Below, in pieces: positions 28,340 to 44,069 of a DNA stretch of 64,000 nucleotides; the first letter of the stretch is position 1, and each line of letters opens with the position of its first letter. A program made the position numbers and the translations under genes. The notes below the pieces were generated by a model that was given only the letters and a program-made list of their open reading frames with translations, was not told the origin of the DNA and made no database searches. Origin of the DNA: the human T2T-CHM13v2.0 reference genome, Homo sapiens; assembly GCF_009914755.1 (NCBI RefSeq), contig NC_060927.1; one strand, 5' to 3'.

Positions 28340-28490
28340 TCCAATGACACTTTGCATTTCCTTAGGTGAGTCACTTAAAACCTCAATTCAACCTCCACTT
28401 GTCAAATGAGAAAAATAATGAGTCCCTGCCTCGGAGGGATGATGTGAGGATTTATGACATTATACTGTGCATAAAATTGCTCTGTGCTTC
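28340..28490 (+). mobile_element. MIR
   Basis: ccttaggtgagtcacttaaaacctc...cttgtcaaatgagaaaaataat...gatgtgaggatt. Confidence 0.7.
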
Positions 28491-29285
28491 TAGCAAAAAG
28501 AATGCAATTTAAATACAACAAATTATTTTCATATTTTATATCAGCTTGCATCTGTTTTTGTTGTGGTCTGATTAAATCAGTTTTAACAAAAGTTAAAAAA
28601 ATTCTAGTGCTTTTCTAATGTTATATAATAATCCTAATGACTCTGAAAAAAAGTACATCCTGAAGCTAAGTCAATAATTACACAGTAAAATTGTTTTACA
28701 ATTGAAATAATACTAAACATGTCCAAAAAATATTTCCATAATTCATAAACCTCAGCTTCTTACTGTGACCTAGAGGTCTTGTTGTATATAGAACAAAATG
28801 ACTCCTGCAGGCCACGCTTGCTGTATATTTGTATGCATACAAAATAATCCTTGAGAAGTGCATTAGTTAGATGTATGGCATAATTGCATATAATTGAATT
28901 CACATGCTTCTCTGCAATAAAGTGGAAATGTCCAAAAAACAAGTTATACATTAATTTTCTTTTAGTTACAATGATAAATTGGAACTTCATTTTAGCACTA
29001 AATAATCTTCTGCAGCCTAAAAGATGGCCAATTGGAAGGGAAAGAGAAAGAGAAAAATATCAGTTAGAAGTGATTTGGATCACAGCAAATAGTATGGTTG
29101 GAGAATATTAAAGTTCGAGCATCTTAAAATTATAATAGCTGAAATTTAATAGAATATAGACACAACTTTGGATAATTAAAAGTGGAGATGGTAGATATAG
29201 CAAACAGTAATGGTATTAAAATATACATTGTGGATTCACAAAAATACTGAAATCATGAGAATTTCAACAGATTGCACATTAACTA

Positions 29286-30453
29286 TAGTCACACATCACA
29301 TAATAACATTGTGGTGAATGGTGAACCACATACACTTATGAAGCTATTTACTTTGTAGCTGTCATAATGTCATAGAGCAAGACATCACTCAGGTGTTTGT
29401 GGAGATGGTATAAATAAACCTACTATGCTGTCAGTCATATAGATGTATGTAACATACGATTATGTACAGTACCTAATACTTGATAATAACAATAAATGAC
29501 TATGTTACCAGTTTATATATTTACTATAATACACTTTTTATCATTATTTGGAGTGTACGCCTTCTACTTATTAAAAAAAAAAAAAGTCAACTGTAAAACA
29601 ATCTCAGGCAGGCCCTTCAGAAGACTTTCCAGAAGAAGGCACTGGTATTATAAAGGATGACAGCTCCATGCATGTAATTTCCCCTGAAGACTTTCCAGTG
29701 GTAAAACATGTGGAGGTAGAAGATAGTGATATTGATGTTCCTGACCCTGTGTAAATCTAGACTAATATGTGTGTTTGTGTCTTCATTTTAAACAAAATTT
29801 AAAAAGTAAAAAAAAAAATTAAATTAAATTAAAAATAGAAAAAAGCTTATAAAGTAATGATATAAAAAATATTTTTCTAAAGCTATACAAAATGTGTTTT
29901 AAGTTAAGCATTATTTAAAAAGTCCCAAAGTTAAAAAAAGAAAAAGTTAATAAAGCAAAATTTTTAGAGTAAGCTCAGATTAATTTATTACTGAAGAAAG
30001 AAATTTGTAAATACATTTAATGTAGCCTAACTAGGCAGTGTTGATAAAGTCTGCAGTAGGGTACAGTAATGTCTTAAGCCTTCATATTCACTCACCACTC
30101 ATTCACTGGCTCACTCAGAGCAACATCCAATCCTGCAAGCTCCATTCAGTGTAAGTGCCCTACACAGGTGTACCATTTATTATCTTTTACACAGTATGTT
30201 TACTGCCACTTTTCAATGTTTAGATACACTAATATTAACATTGTGTTACAATTGCCTACAGTATTCAGTATGGTAACATGCTGTACAGGTTTGTAGTCTA
30301 AGAGAAATAGGCTATACCATTTAGCTTAGATGTTTAGTAGGCTATGCCAGCTAGGTTTGTGTAATTAACACTCTATGATGTTGACCCAATGACAAAATCC
30401 CCTACCAACACAGTTCTCAGAATGTGTCCCTGTCATTAAGCAATGCATGACTA
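29286..30453 (+). mobile_element. Tigger3b-like (Golem) TcMar DNA transposon, non-autonomous
   Basis: Terminal inverted repeats tagtcacacatcacataataac / gtcattaagcaatgcatgacta; TA TSD at 29284-29285 and 30454-30455; internal ccagaagaaggc...gatgacagctccatgcatg. Confidence 0.88.
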
Positions 30454-30576
30454 TAGAAAGCAAAATTAACATAGCAATTATATTCACTAAAATGCAATTA
30501 AAATAATGGCTTACACTTATGTTAAATCAGTATGGCTTCATTTATATTAAAGGAATTCAGCTCATAAATTTTCTAG

Positions 30577-30725
30577 AGCAATGTTTCTTAGTAAAAGTTA
30601 CACATTAAAATCACCTGGGAAGTATCCCCCCAAATTACCAATGTCTAGACACCACCTGGGATATTAGAATAATTTGATTCACAGTGGGGCACAGGTATCA
30701 GTAATTTTTAGCACCCTCTCCCCAT
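30577..30725 (+). mobile_element. MER5-type hAT DNA transposon relic
   Basis: gcaatgtttctt...cacattaaaatcacctggga...gtggggcacaggtatcagtaattttta. Confidence 0.6.
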
Positions 30726-31839
30726 TGAAATACGTAGGATGGTAGAATCACAGAATACTGGAGATAGATTGAACTTTAAAGAAAACACGACTTGACATTC
30801 TCCTGTGATTTATGTTTCACGATTAAGTCCCATGATACTTAAAGTGGTGCTTAAAGTTATGTAGTGTAAAGGTGACTCAGCCATAAAGAAAATGGAGCTC
30901 ATATTCAGGAGTCAATTTACCTGAAATCAAACCAATATTGAGTGGTAAAACTAGATTAACAGCCAAGATCCTGGTTTCAAAATCTTTACACTTAATCTTC
31001 TGGCACTACCTAGTCTCTTAATAATACATCTTAATTTGGGCACTTAATTGATGAAACTAATAAAAACATTGCTAGACTAAGAATTTCTTAGATCTTTGAA
31101 ATGATTCATGTTAAAAACAAACTTTTTCAAAACCAAAAGGTGAATAACAATAAGTAAGAACCATTCATAAAATATCTTAGAATAGTGCATTTGACATTAT
31201 GAGCAGGTCACTGTAAAGAGACAAATAATAATGATCAAAGATAAAAAGATCTATCCCGAAAAATTCATGAGAGTGTCAATGTGTTTGAATGCTATCATAA
31301 ATCACTGCATTGCTTCTTATTCTTGGAAAGTATCACCTCACAGAACAAGAAGCTGAAAGTCAGGGGGAAAGAAAAAAGAAAGAGAGAGGGAGAGAGGGAG
31401 GGAGGAAGGAAGGAATTAGATTTCACCCCAAAGTCACCTAAAAATATAAATATTTTCATTTTTATACCATCTGGCTATAGATGGTGCTATGCCATAGTTA
31501 GATCTTTTATCAGGTAAAGACCCTGGTGAGCGTTTTCCCTAAGGGAGTGAGGATTAAATAGGAAAATGTCAGTGCCCTATTCAGATAACACCAATTTGCT
31601 GGGAAATCTGATAGCATTTTAAGCACGTGGCATTGAGAGGAGCTGCTATGTATGCTGTTTTATTAAAAAAAGAAAAAAGACCAAATCAATATTACAGCAA
31701 GATGGGAAGAAGATTATAAAAGAAAACCAAGAAGTATACACGATAGTGAAATGAATACTTGACCAATATATATTGAGTTTATCTCAATTTTTAAAGAATA
31801 AGAATGCAAGCTATTAAAGGTGGCAAGAAACCTGTATAG

Positions 31840-32160
31840 GGCCAGGCACTATGGCTCATGCCTGTAATCACAGCAATTTAAGAAGCTGAGGTGGGAGGAT
31901 CCCTTGAGGCCAGGAGCTCAAGACCAGCTTGGGTAATTAAGCGAGACCTCATTACTTCAAAAAAATAAAAGTAATTAGCTGTGTGTGGTGGTGCACACCT
32001 GAAGTCTCAGTTACTTGGGAGGCTGATGCAGGAGGATAGCTTGAGCCCAGGAGTTCAAGGTTTCAGTGAGCTATGATTGCGCTTCTGTGTTCCAGTCTGT
32101 GTGACAGAGGAAGACCCTGTCTCAAAACAGAAAAAAAAAAAAACAAAAAAAAAAAACAAG
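31840..32160 (+). mobile_element. AluJ (Jo/Jr-like)
   Basis: J-type ggaggatcccttgaggccaggag, ggaggatagcttgagcccaggagttc, gtgagctatgattgc; A-rich tail. Confidence 0.92.
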
Positions 32161-32843
32161 AGGAAAAAATAAACAAAACCTGACTCTCCCTGCAATTTGC
32201 AATCTGAGTTTGTCAGCATCTACTCAGGTCGAATTCTTATAAATTTAGGTCTCTGCTGCTGCAGCTATTGCCCTGGATCAAGCAAAAATATTCCAGGAGG
32301 CTGTGGTATCTCCTCCTTCCTTTAATCCTCTGGATACTCATCAACCTGCTGAGGTTGCTCCATGCAGAAGGATGTCTAAGAGGGTCAGATTTCAGGTCAA
32401 TGTTCTGGCTTCATCGCTTTAATGCACAATATCCAAAACAGTAATATGAGCAGTTGCTAATGCTTGAGAAGAAGTAACTCACAAGGCAGAATTGCTTCAT
32501 TAATTATCTGCTATTGAGCTGTTGAAGTACAAGAACATGAGCTGTGGCTCAACCATTGCTCCCCGCTGTGGAGTATGTCATGATTTTAAGAGTAGAAGTA
32601 GGAGGAAGAGCCTGAGTGTGTGGTTAATAATGCATTAAATAGAGGTGTTGTGTCCTTGCTACCTATGCTTTCTATGCCAAATAGGATAAGAAAAATGTAT
32701 TGAAACCAAGAAGGGATAAGAATAACAATACAAAAAGGGAATGGCAAAAGGACAAGGAATGTAAACTGTTAGTGAAAGCATACTCTCTATGAAGAATCTT
32801 TTGAAATAATGCAAAATTCCTCAGGCAGTAAGTCAAAATAAAT

Positions 32844-33053
32844 CAATGTTTCTCAACAGAGGAGTGATGCTCTCTCAGGGTATTTTTCAAAGGCTTTTTT
32901 GCTGTTGTTGTTACCAGACCTGAATAGGTGCTAATGGCATCCAGTTGTTAGAGACCAAAGTTCTTCTAAGTATCGAACAATTCACAACACAGTCCATAAC
33001 AACTAGGAATTATCTCATCCAAAATGCTAATACTGCTGAGGTTGAGGAAACCT
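32844..33053 (+). mobile_element. MER20 hAT DNA transposon
   Basis: TIRs caatgtttctcaac / gttgaggaaacctg; internal gtgctaatggcatccag...agagacca and ggaattatc...caaaatgctaatactgctgagg. Confidence 0.85.
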
Positions 33054-34009
33054 GGTATAAAGTAAATTATTATATGACAGGTGGTAATAAAATTCTTTTA
33101 AAGAATAATCACATTCAAAAGAGTTATTTCAGAAAATTTAGCATGGAAAAGTGCCATGCAGAAATGTATTTTCTACCAAATGAGCCTCTATCGTATTATA
33201 CAATCTGCCTGGGTGTATAAGTTTCATACATTTTTAATACTGAAATTTAAATGCACAAGTTTTAAGGAAATGTAAAACAAGTCCACTGACCTTAATTTTT
33301 ATCTTCTACTTTGCCATTTCTATAAATTTTAGTCTATAAACTTATGCCTGGCCTCAATTGACATGAGGGCTACAAAGGCTATGAACAGTTTCTTTTGATA
33401 TTTATACTTTGAAATTAAATGTAAGTGGTCTCAAATTTGATAAAGAATTTAGCTTTATCAAATAAGAACTATTACCTGGAAAAACCACCAGTTTCTCAGT
33501 CTCTTCTAACCACACTTCTTGTAACTAACTCATAGAAACAAAAATCTGCATGTATTTTGCATTCTTATGTCCGTTTTCTTGTGTCATTTCACTCTTACTT
33601 TCTAAGTCCTCCACAAAAAAAAAAAAAAAAAAAGTGTGTGCCTGCCACTTTGCTAACTATAGCTACTTCTACATAATTGCCACCATTTGGGGTCATCCTG
33701 TACTATTCTCAAAACTGCTCTGTTGTGGTACCTTTGTCTGGAATTCTGGAATTAAAATCTGCTGTGACTGTAAATGTCAAAATGGAAATATTTAAGAAAA
33801 AAGGAACAAACCATTCTCAACAAAAATGGGTCAAGATAACACTGACACTCTCAAGTGGGTAATTAAGTTAATTTTCTGTATCATTCAAGCCCAAACTATA
33901 AATTTAAATAAAACATACAATTAAACATTATTTAGCACATTTTCTGTACAAATAATGTATAATATGCTTCGCAGTATAATAAGATAATCAATACACAGTC
34001 TTTCTCAAC

Positions 34010-34720
34010 TCTAGAGGCAGAATGCTGGTTTGAAATCCAGATTTATGTTCAAGTCCAAATTGTTTAACCTCTTCAAGCTTTAGTTTCAACATTTGTAAAA
34101 TGGAAATAGTCACAGTACATATGTTTATTTTATTTTATTTTTTGGTGGTAGTGAGGATAAAATGCTTAAAATAATCAATGGCATGCAACAAACCATCAAA
34201 AAAATGCTATTTTATAAATACAATTTTACTAAGTGAGAAGGAAGTTCCAGATTCATAGAACAGTATAAGCAAAAGTCCAGAAATAGAGAAGTTCAGGCTA
34301 TGTCAAAAAATGATGAATGATAGTGAACTTGTAAATGCAGGATTCGTTAGAAGATACAGTCAAATTCTAAGCAGAAAAGTGAAGATATGGCCAAAATACC
34401 CAAGAGGTTTGAATGCCATGCTAATGAGTTCACATTTGGTAGTGTGCATGGGTGGAGGGGAAGCTGGGTATGTGCGGGTGGTGGGAGGCATAATTAAAGT
34501 TTTGAATGAAGACTTTAGGTTTTGAAAAGAAACTCCAATCGCAGTGTGAAGTCTATATTGGAAGATAAAAATTGTAGGATGGAGAACTTAGGAACCATTT
34601 CCATAAATTAGGTAAGACATAGTAATGTCTGAACTAAAGTAATGGGATTAATAATGGAAAGGGTTGATATTGGTAACATTAGAGGGGAAAAATGAACAAA
34701 TTGTTTTGCTTGTGTGAGTA
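34010..34720. mobile_element. MIR (plus) followed by L2 (minus) relics
   Basis: tttaacctcttcaagctttagtttcaacatttgtaaaatgg; then ggtttgaatgccatgctaatgagtt...ctgaactaaagtaatgg. Confidence 0.5.
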
Positions 34721-35078
34721 GGGTGGTATGGAGAGTCAGCCCTCTGTATTGTTTAGCCTATATTTTCTATTGTTCCCTGCCAATACGTAGTCCCACATTC
34801 TCCAGAAATAGTAGATGTGAACTCTGAAATTACACGGGTCTTCTCTTGGTATTCAAAAGTCTGCATAAACTCTGTTTTGATTGCCTACAAAGAGACAGGT
34901 TTTTTTCATCATCTCAAGAGAAATATTGAAAAATTACAACTAGTCTGTCTGTTATGTTTCTGGGCACATATAGACCTTGCTCTTTTGGCTCACGGCCTAT
35001 TAGAGGTTGTTAGGGAACATAAACAATGCTTAGCCAAGTTATAGATGAAGTATCTGAAAATGTGACACGATTTCCCAG

Positions 35079-35726
35079 TGCAGAGGTACAAAGGTGATCC
35101 CTTTCCGTCTCATCATAAAGGTCACAGCCAATACTCCTATAATAAAAGACAGGTAGCCAAAAGAAAAACACAACAAATTAACATAGTCATAGTATTACAT
35201 GACATGGGAGACTTCAGAAATTAAGACCTAAAGATACAGGGAAAAAAGGATGCATTTTTATTCTTAGTTTCAATGGAGAATGAACAGCCATGTAGAACTA
35301 TAATTAGACACAAACGGTTATGACCTAATGGGAATAGACTGAATAGGAAAACAGCAAGGCTTGTCTATTTGGCTTCATCTTGGCCTGTCTGTGCAGTATT
35401 TCTTTCTTCCAGGTTATGGGGCAGGACCTCTTCTGGGATAGGGGTCTTATGACCTAGTGTCAAGCAAAGTAGGTAAGAGAATTTCTTTATGGTCAGCTCT
35501 TACACAGAAAGGCAGGAGAAGGTAAGAGTAATGTTTTTAGGCTGTATGACTGTCTTGGGGAAGAGGAATTCTGATTCCCATAGCCTGCCTTGTGGAAGAG
35601 GTATTCTAGTTTCTACGGCTAGGCTCAGGAGAATGAAGACCGTGAGACAGAAGGGCAGGAAAAGGTCAGAGAGAGACTTTGCTTCTAAGGCCTACACTTG
35701 GGTATATCATTTTCTAAGCCCCAACA
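35079..35726 (-). mobile_element. MER39-type ERV1 solo LTR
   Basis: TG...CA ends; reverse complement begins tgttggggcttagaaaatgatatacccaa; near-TSD ccag (35075-35078) / ccaa (35727-35730). Confidence 0.78.
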
Positions 35727-36179
35727 CCAAGATCGATGAAACAGAGTTGATATTACAGAATTTGTATCAGTTTCAAAATCTTATGCATACAAAGCTCACT
35801 TTATGACAATTTTCTTTCTAACCAATTGCAGATTTGGGACGTACAAGCCAATATTTTATACGGGAAACAAGTTTGTTTCAGGAATAGTAATTTTACTGCA
35901 TACCATTATTAATTTCTATTATCTTAAGAAATATGATCGAAACAATTTTATGATCAATGAAGCCTAAAACACAAGTAGGCAAGAATGCTCCACTGTTCAC
36001 TTAACAATTCAAGTAGATCAGGAAGGTTAATATTACAAAGCACCAGACACGAACGTAATTGAGTTTTTGTATGGCTCCTAGTGCTACTGATAGAAATCTA
36101 TGAAAAATTTCCAAGTCAATACAAATTCAGCAGCACCAAAATGGAATGCCATGGTCTAAAATGAATAGTGGTCTAAACG

Positions 36180-37270
<1,091 letters not shown>

Positions 37271-38879
37271 CACATGTTAAATCATAATGTTCATGAAAAC
37301 ATAAAGGAATAATAAATGCTACCTCTTCAGAGTCCTTGTAACTGTGAATTGCTACAAATAAGAAAGATTTGTAATTGTCATCAGATTCTCAAAGGAATCT
37401 CTCTCAAGTATTAAAAAACAATGCTTTCTGTTTTCTTCAAACTCCATGAATTTATATATGCCTGCAACTCCTTCTGTGTCTGCAGATTCTGTTAAAGATT
37501 TTTTTTTTCCATTTTCCTTTTTATTTCTTAACCACAGCACAGCCTTGTCTTATGGTGAGACGAACCTCAATGAATGTCTTAGAATACTTAACAGTAGACA
37601 CATGGACTTTCTTATCATGTAAATATCACCCTATTCCCTTTATGATGAAAAGGACAACAGTGAGACTTAATCAGAAAACATGTATAGTGTATTGTGAGAT
37701 GTAAGGAAAAAGATAATTTTGTAACTTCAAATAGTTATAATATCTACATCTATTTTTCCATTCATGTATTTTCTTAGAATTCTTATAGTTGCACAGAGAA
37801 ATGGGGATCAGTAATGGGTAAATGGCAATTCAGTAAAAATTGACTGTTAGTGTTATGTTAGATTTTATAACACCAATAATTTTGTAAATAAAATTGCAGT
37901 AATATAAAATTCAAAATATGCTTTTAAAGGTGTGAATAGAATGCTCATGGGTGAAAATAACAATAAGTGACAATTTTGTGGGTCTAAAATGTATGCTACT
38001 GAAAAGCCATCAAGTAATTTCTGTAAAGTGTATATTTAAAAGGTAGAGGGAAAGTTGGCCAGATGGATTCACATCTTTTACTCTGCTAAGGTAAAATCAT
38101 CTGAATTAAATTACAATTTTTTCCTTGTGTACCTGAGGTTTTACCTGGAGTCCACTGAGGCTTGTACCTGTGCATATGGAAAACAGATGCTCTCCTTCCA
38201 GATTACTGTATCCTCAATAAAACTTTGTTGCCTACAATCCAGAGTTCTAATCTAACTTTTCACATGATTACTGCTATGATTTGGATGATGATGCCTTTTC
38301 TCAGGATAGCCAAAATCAAAGCAACCTAAATGTCTTCTAGCATGTTTGTTGGGTTGAAGTTTTGCTTATTTGTTTGTCTTTTTGTAAAGTTTTTATGCCC
38401 ATAGACATATGTTTCATTTTTCTGATATGTGTCTTGTCCTTCAAGTCTTTTACGAGAAAGACATCCCTTCTCACCAAAACTCTCATTTGAAAATGGGCCC
38501 TAAAGCTAGAGCCTGACTCTATTTAATTTCTGTAGTCGTTAGAACTATTGAAATTTAATCTGTTTGATAAGTGCTCCCAAAGTTCTCTCACGACAAAAAT
38601 TAGAGGTTCTTATTTTTTAATTGCATTCAGAACTAGTATAGTTTGTTTAAACCAATTTATCACGAAAAAAATTCTGTTACTTGGCACACAAAGTAAATTA
38701 AAAATGTTATTTGAAAAAGAATGATTATACATGTTTAGAATAAACTACATTTTTAGTTACATATGTAAAAACAAAAATACACATGTATAAGGAGGCGTGA
38801 TGCCAATTATATATGTGTATTTTATATACAATATTATTTTTATTTTTTCTAATATAAATTATTTTCAAATATAAATTAT

Positions 38880-40560
38880 GTTTGTTTTTTCAAATATTTC
38901 TGTTGCTTTATTCTTTCTTTTCACTCTGAAATTACAATTCTGTGTACGATACACCACTTAATATCATGGATTAAATTCTCCACTTTTTAAAAAAGCAATT
39001 ACATTAATTTTCGCATTTTAATTGGAGTGATTTTGATTGATTTATCTTCTAATTTATTAAATTTTTCCTTTGTTGTATTGAGTCTACTGATGAGTCTGCC
39101 AAAAAAATTCTTTATTTATGTTACTGCGATTGATTTCTAGGATTTCCATTTTGTTCCTATAGTTTTCATCTCTCTGCTGAATGTATTTATTTGATCTTGC
39201 ATATTGTCTATTTTTCTGATTATATCATTTGACATATTAATCATAGCTATTGTAAAGGCTCAATCTGAATATCCACATCTGTGGAATATCTAATTCTGGT
39301 TCTGATAATTTCTTTCTCTCATTAGAATCTCTTTTTTTTTCTTCTTTTGTGGTACCTCTTAGAATCTTTTTGCCAAATCCAGACATGTACAGGATGGTAG
39401 GGAATATGGTAAATATTCTTTTTTACATGTATAAGTTATAAACTTTTCTTTCTGGTAAGCCTTCATTGTGGGAGTTCACTAATTTAGCAATGAATTTGGC
39501 TGGGTTCAAAGTTTATGTTGATATGATTGCCAAATTAAAGGTCTTTTGTTTTTGTGGGCACAAAATACTTCAAAATCCTTCAGTAAAATAATGTTTTTGT
39601 TTTCTCACTTAGATTTAGGTCTACTCATTGCTCTGCTCTCCAAAGAAATTCTATTTCTTTCTTAGGCCTTGGCTATATCCCTCTATTATTTTTAATAAAG
39701 TCTTGTTACCAGAAGTGTTTGAAATGGGCTTGTCTTCTCTGATGTTCTGATTAAACCTCAGTCTCAGGCAGGACTATGAAACAGAGTCCCTTGGGTATGG
39801 CCATCACAAGTATCCCTAACCTTTCTTCACATAGAGCTTTATTTCCCTTTATTCCACTAACATACTACAATAGGTATCAATGTGTTCAAGCTATGAAACA
39901 GGTACTCTTTACAGTTTTATTTTAAGGCATGTTATTACCTAAGTGAGGTAGGGAAGATGACTCTGGGTAGATACTGTAGTGGGGCCTTACATTTGTCTCC
40001 CAACAGCTGTAGAAATTTTTTCAGTGCCCAAGAATACAGGTTTTTAATTCCTCTGTTGTTTTTTCCTATAACAAATATTGCTTAGATGGGTCTGAGCAGA
40101 TTTCAGCAGCGACTGTTCTTTCCCTTCTCCAACAAGTACCATGGTGGCGGAGGTGGGCGGGGTGGGGGAGGGGGTTGTGTGAATTCCACTCAGTTCTCTC
40201 TTTGAGATATTGATGGTGTTCATGGAAGAAAGGCTACAAGAGATGGGGCTGATCCTATGTCTGTGGAACCCATGGGCCTCAGATTTTCAATCTAGATCAT
40301 GCTGGGCTTTAAGCAATCAATTAAATATTTTTAGTTTAATCTTCCTATCAGGTTATATGACATGCTATAACGTCTACCTCAGGTAAGCAGATGCTTAGAT
40401 TCTGTTTATTTTTCCAGATACCTATTTCTCTTCAAGTTGTGTAATCACAGTTCTCTGACTAGTTCATGAAAAACTGCTAATTTGTAGTTTGTTAAGATTT
40501 TGTCCTCAAATTAGAATTTAAAAATGTTCTTTCCAGCTGTTCACATCTGAGCTAAAACTG
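38880..40560 (-). mobile_element. Old L1M 5' region (ORF1/5'UTR), antisense
   Basis: T-rich antisense ORF1 motifs (gagtctactgatgag, ttttcatctctctgctga, atattaatcatagctatt) ending ctttccagctgttcacatctgagctaaaactg. Confidence 0.55.
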
Positions 40561-41121
40561 CACTTACAGATCAACTTTTATACTCCATAAAAGTTACTGT
40601 CATAAGACTACACTAAGGATCTTGCCATTTTTTATTTAGGGAAACTTGTGTTTGTTAACTAGTTTTCAAAGCCTTATTTGTTTATCTACAAAATGGTGAC
40701 AATATTCCTTGCAGAAGACAGAGATTGAAATACCCTGTGGATAATAAAATAAACAAAGTATAAATGTCAGCTGGGAATCTCTGTCTTTTGACATTTGGTT
40801 AAAATTGCCCTGAATGTCTAACCTTCTCATGTATGGAAACATAACCTCTTACTAACAGCTATGTAAATTCCAAGAGGTCTTTCTATTGCTATTTTTCCAC
40901 TGAAGTATGTCATACCAAATGTGAGATTTGACTTTGTTTCAAAATTCTTCTAAATTGGAGTTCTACTTAAAGTACAATGGAATAAAGTTCCTAACAAAAT
41001 GATTCTCCTGAAAATAACATCTAAAATTCTGGACAAAGTACAAAATATAATTATGATTGTTATGGAGATCAAACAAAAACAAGCATAGTTTTCAAAAGAG
41101 TCAGAACATCAGGCAAGAGAT

Positions 41122-41605
41122 TGTAAGGTGAGGCAAAACTTTACCTCTACTCTCTTAGGGTCCTGCTGGGCCTGAGTAAATTGACATAAGATAGATTAAC
41201 AGGAGAAAACACACTAATTTAATGTAAGTATTATGTGACAGGAGAGCCCTCATACAAAAAAAAAAAAAGAAAATGAAGACCTTAAAAAGTGACTAAACCT
41301 AAATGCTCTTTTATGAGGTTGAACAAAGGAAGGCAATTACAGAAAAGTAAATAAATCCTGAGGGAAGGCATAAGGAAAGCAAAAATTATTTTAGCAAATT
41401 CTGTTTGAACAGAATTATCTCAGCTATGACTCCCCATTGAAAAATATTTCTTTTCTGCTGGTACAGAGAGGATATCTTTTACAGGGAAGTTATCTACTGT
41501 GTTCAGAAAGAAGTGGGAAGATCAGAGTATCCTTCATGTATTTGGTATTTTTCAGGTGCTTTTAAATGAAAATGATTCCATACCAAGGTGGGGGATATTC
41601 TGACA
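41122..41605 (-). mobile_element. MER34-type ERV1 LTR
   Basis: tgtaaggtgagg...ttgacataagatagattaacaggagaaaac...ggaagatcagagt; shares the MER34/MER39 motif agattaacaggagaaaa. Confidence 0.65.
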
Positions 41606-43180
41606 AAATTCAAGACCACAGCGAAAAAACACAAAAACAAAAACAAAAAACAAAAAAACCTTTTACTGTTTTGTTTTGAGTTTTAGAGCAGGAGGGCAAA
41701 AGGTGGCTAAAAGTTTGATAGTACACCCTGTCTCTTTTCTGCACAGAGGAGCTTAGGGAAGTAGACTGAAGAAATCGGAGCCACTGGATACCTAGGACAC
41801 ATCTGAAAAAAAAGTACCAGAGAAAGGGAGCTTCTGATTCTCAGTAAAAGGAAACATCTTTGGTCTGATAAAGGCATCTGTACGTATATGGTACAAACAA
41901 AATTTAACTAATATCTATGGCATAAAAATTTTAAGTGCGCTAAAACAGAAGTTCCGGTTCAAGATGACTAACTAGAAGCAGCTAGTCGACACTTCTAAGG
42001 AGATGAATCAAAATAGTGAGTAAATATTTATACTTTGAATAGATCACTTAAGATAGCACAATGGAGTGCATCAGAGAAGTAATGAGAATCATGAAAAGCA
42101 ATGAAGAATAAAGCAAGGATGTCTAGTGAGCTGGGATCTTGGGAAGCCAGGAGGAGATGCAGTGTGTGAGTGAGTGATTGATCTCCCTGAGCTCCACAGA
42201 CTTTTAAATCCTAGCAATTGAAGAGCTCCCTCGACACACCCCCGACTTCTGACCTGCAGTCAAACACAGGGAGCTGCCTAGAGATGGGGCAGAGGCATTA
42301 CTCAAGCCCATGTGGAATTCTACAGGCTTTTGATTCTTGAACAGCTGCTACTGTTACAGTGCCAGGGGAGAGAGCAGGAAGGCCAGGCATGTTTGTGCAC
42401 CTCAAAGATGGATACTGCTACTGCTGCTGTGGAACAGAGGAGCCAGAAGACTGTGTACCTTACAACTGCCAGCCTTTGCTACTCCTACTAAGGCAGTGGG
42501 GAGGGGGGTTGGTGAGGGGCTGCCTTCCATTGGGGTAGGGCTGCAGCCAAAATGTTCAGGCAGGAGAAGAGTGGCTGTGCTGCAGTTAAATTCAATAAAT
42601 GTTGCCGGAAAACTTTGATATGTATATGCAGAAGACTGAAACTAGATGTCTATCTCTCACCCTATACAAAAAATTAACTCTAGATGGATTAAAGACATAA
42701 ATATAAGACCTGAAACTATAAAAGTACAAAATGGAAGTGAAGGAAGAGCTCTTCAGGACATTGGCCTAGACAAAGAATTTATGGCTAAAACTTCAAAAGC
42801 AAATGCAACAAAAACAAAAATAGAAAAATGGGACTTAATTAAACTAAAAAGCCTCTGCACAGCAAAAGAAATAATCAATAGAGTAAACAGCCTACAGGGT
42901 GGGAGAAAGTATTTGCAAACTAGGGACTAATGAACAGAATATACAAGGAACTCAAACAATTCAACAGTAAAAGACAAAAACAAAAACAAACCAACAAGCA
43001 TTAAAAAGTGGGCAAAGGACACGAACAGGTATTTCTCAAAACAAGACAAATAAATGGCCAATAAACATGAAAAAATACTCAACATCATGAATTGTAAGTA
43101 TAAGGAAAATGTAATTTAGAACCACAAGGATATATTGTCTCATATTAGTCAAGATGACTATTATTAAAAAGTCAAAAACA

Positions 43181-43549
<369 letters not shown>

Positions 43550-44069
43550 TTATACACTGTTAGTGAGAATATAAATTAGTATAACATATTTGGAAAACAG
43601 CAGTATGGAGATTTCTCAAAGAACTAAAAATAGAACTACCATTCGACCCAGCAACCCCACTACTGGGTATGTACCCAAAGGAAAAGAAATTGTTACATAA
43701 AAAAAAAAAAAAATCTCCCCATATATATTATTATTGCAGCACTATTCACAATAGCAAAGTCATATAATCAACCTAAGTATCCATCATCAATGGATACTTG
43801 GATAAAGAAAACATACATATACAACATGGAATACTACACAGTCATAGAATACTATCCATTCATGTGGCATCAATATGGATGGAGCTGGAGGCCATTATTT
43901 TAAGTGAAATAACTAAGAAACAGACAATCAAACACCACATTTTCTAAGTGGGAGCTAAACAATGGGTATACATGGATATAAATAGGGAAATAATAGGCAC
44001 TAGCAACTCCAAAAGGGCAAAGGCTGGGACAGGAGTGAGGTTTGAAAAAAATTATCTACTGGATACAAT

